Assembly (NCBI GenBank): GCA_965205425.1
Contig: CBDBGZ010000008.1
Location: 64,001-128,000 of the forward strand
DNA length: 64,000 bases
Source: Nitrosopumilus sp.
Lineage (GTDB): Archaea > Thermoproteota > Nitrososphaeria > Nitrososphaerales > Nitrosopumilaceae
Direction of reading: 5' to 3'
This document shows, piece after piece, positions 63,052-64,000 of the stretch. Numbering within the stretch: the first letter of the stretch is position 1; every line of letters begins with the position of its first letter. The translations under genes were made by a program, and so were the position numbers. Below the pieces are notes generated by a model that saw nothing but the letters and a program-made list of their open reading frames with translations, was not told where the DNA came from and made no database searches.

Positions 63052-63112
63052 TGTAATTTGTCTTTCAAATTTGAATTAAAATGTTTAATGTAAAAAAATT
63101 TACTTTTTATGA

Positions 63113-64000
63113 CTAGGGATTATCCCACGATCCTTCTCTAATATCAATATAGAATCCTTCATGATTTACTTTCATATTCGTATAGGGATAAATTCTTGTA
63201 TCAAATTCATTTGCTTTGCCTTCAAAGAATTTTACTGATTCAGTAGTGTTATATACTTTGACAAGTTCATCGCCTCTGTTTTGGTCTAGCATAAAATGAG
63301 GATCTGCAATGACTGTAAGGTTTGATGTTTCAATAGGATAAAACAATGCCATTGAATAATCTAAAGGAACGTTTTCCATATCAAAAACATCATAAAGAAT
63401 CCAAGAATATACAGGACTTGCCAAAATTGTACTTTGATCTTGTGGATTTTCAATCACATAAGATAATGCTTCAAATTGATTGTACGAAACATCGTTTGTG
63501 ATCAAAATAAGGGTACTTGAAAATCCAAAAACAAGAATAGATACAATAACTATACGATGAATTGTTTTTGATTCAAGTAATTTGATATTCTTTGGCATTT
63601 CCAACAACCAAATACTTGCAGCAATACACATTATTGGTAATATAGATATCCAGTGAAAATATTGTTTGAATCCAATTAAGGATAAAAATGCCACAAATGG
63701 AACAAACCAAAACAATACAAACTTGTTTCTAGTAATTGCAGAATATACAATTCCGGCCATGCCAATAACAAAAAGAACTGGATCTATGACAAGGAAATAC
63801 CCAATAATTTCAAGAATGCTATTACTTCTTTGGCTTTGCCACAATACATCTTGAATCCACATATCAAATTGATCTAACATGAGACTGTTTACAGGCCACA
63901 GCATTGGAATCAACAAAACAGGAAGAATCCAAATTAACATGTCAAGGAATTTTTTTCTTTTTTGGAAAACTAACCAAATTATCAAAGGAATGAAAACAAA
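63113..64000 (-). CDS. Polytopic membrane glycosyltransferase (GT39/PMT-like), 5' part outside window
   Basis: Multiple TM segments, glycosylation-gene context. Confidence 0.6.
   Translation of the reverse strand, partial: FVFIPLIIWLVFQKRKKFLDMLIWILPVLLIPMLWPVNSLMLDQFDMWIQDVLWQSQRSNSILEIIGYFLVIDPVLFVIGMAGIVYSAITRNKFVLFWFVPFVAFLSLIGFKQYFHWISILPIMCIAASIWLLEMPKNIKLLESKTIHRIVIVSILVFGFSSTLILITNDVSYNQFEALSYVIENPQDQSTILASPVYSWILYDVFDMENVPLDYSMALFYPIETSNLTVIADPHFMLDQNRGDELVKVYNTTESVKFFEGKANEFDTRIYPYTNMKVNHEGFYIDIREGSWDNP

Overview
AT-rich archaeal DNA from a Nitrosopumilaceae-type ammonia-oxidising archaeon (Nitrososphaerota), identified from the core block 3-hydroxyacyl-CoA dehydrogenase / rpoP / rps10 / EF-1alpha / FBP aldolase-phosphatase / DNA ligase / endA, plus metG, ahcY and TFB. 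The heavy IS load (IS630 x2, IS66, ISH3-type x3 plus fragments, IS481 x3, IS5, an IS6-like transposon, a MITE) and many secreted proteases suggest a host-associated lineage (inference). About 1-34.4 kb is mostly an accessory region of two-gene cassettes, each a secreted protein (S1 serine proteases, a metzincin, a neprosin-like multidomain protein, or unknown domains behind a shared leader) plus a tightly coupled partner gene. These cassettes are associated with 51-bp IS6-like terminal repeats, an 18-bp recurring motif and a tRNA-3'-end att fragment. Other highlights: (1) a 7.2-kb tyrosine-integrase element (38990-46175) with reconstructable attB/attP at a non-tRNA site, carrying P-II, Lrp/AsnC, tiny Zn proteins, a toxin-antitoxin pair and a putative origin; (2) a long-variable-arm, G73 (Ser-like) tRNA gene with a GAA (Phe) anticodon; (3) an inverted duplication of the HIT gene whose upstream region has a 6x 17-bp tandem expansion. 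Several single-base indels in short homopolymers may be sequencing errors.
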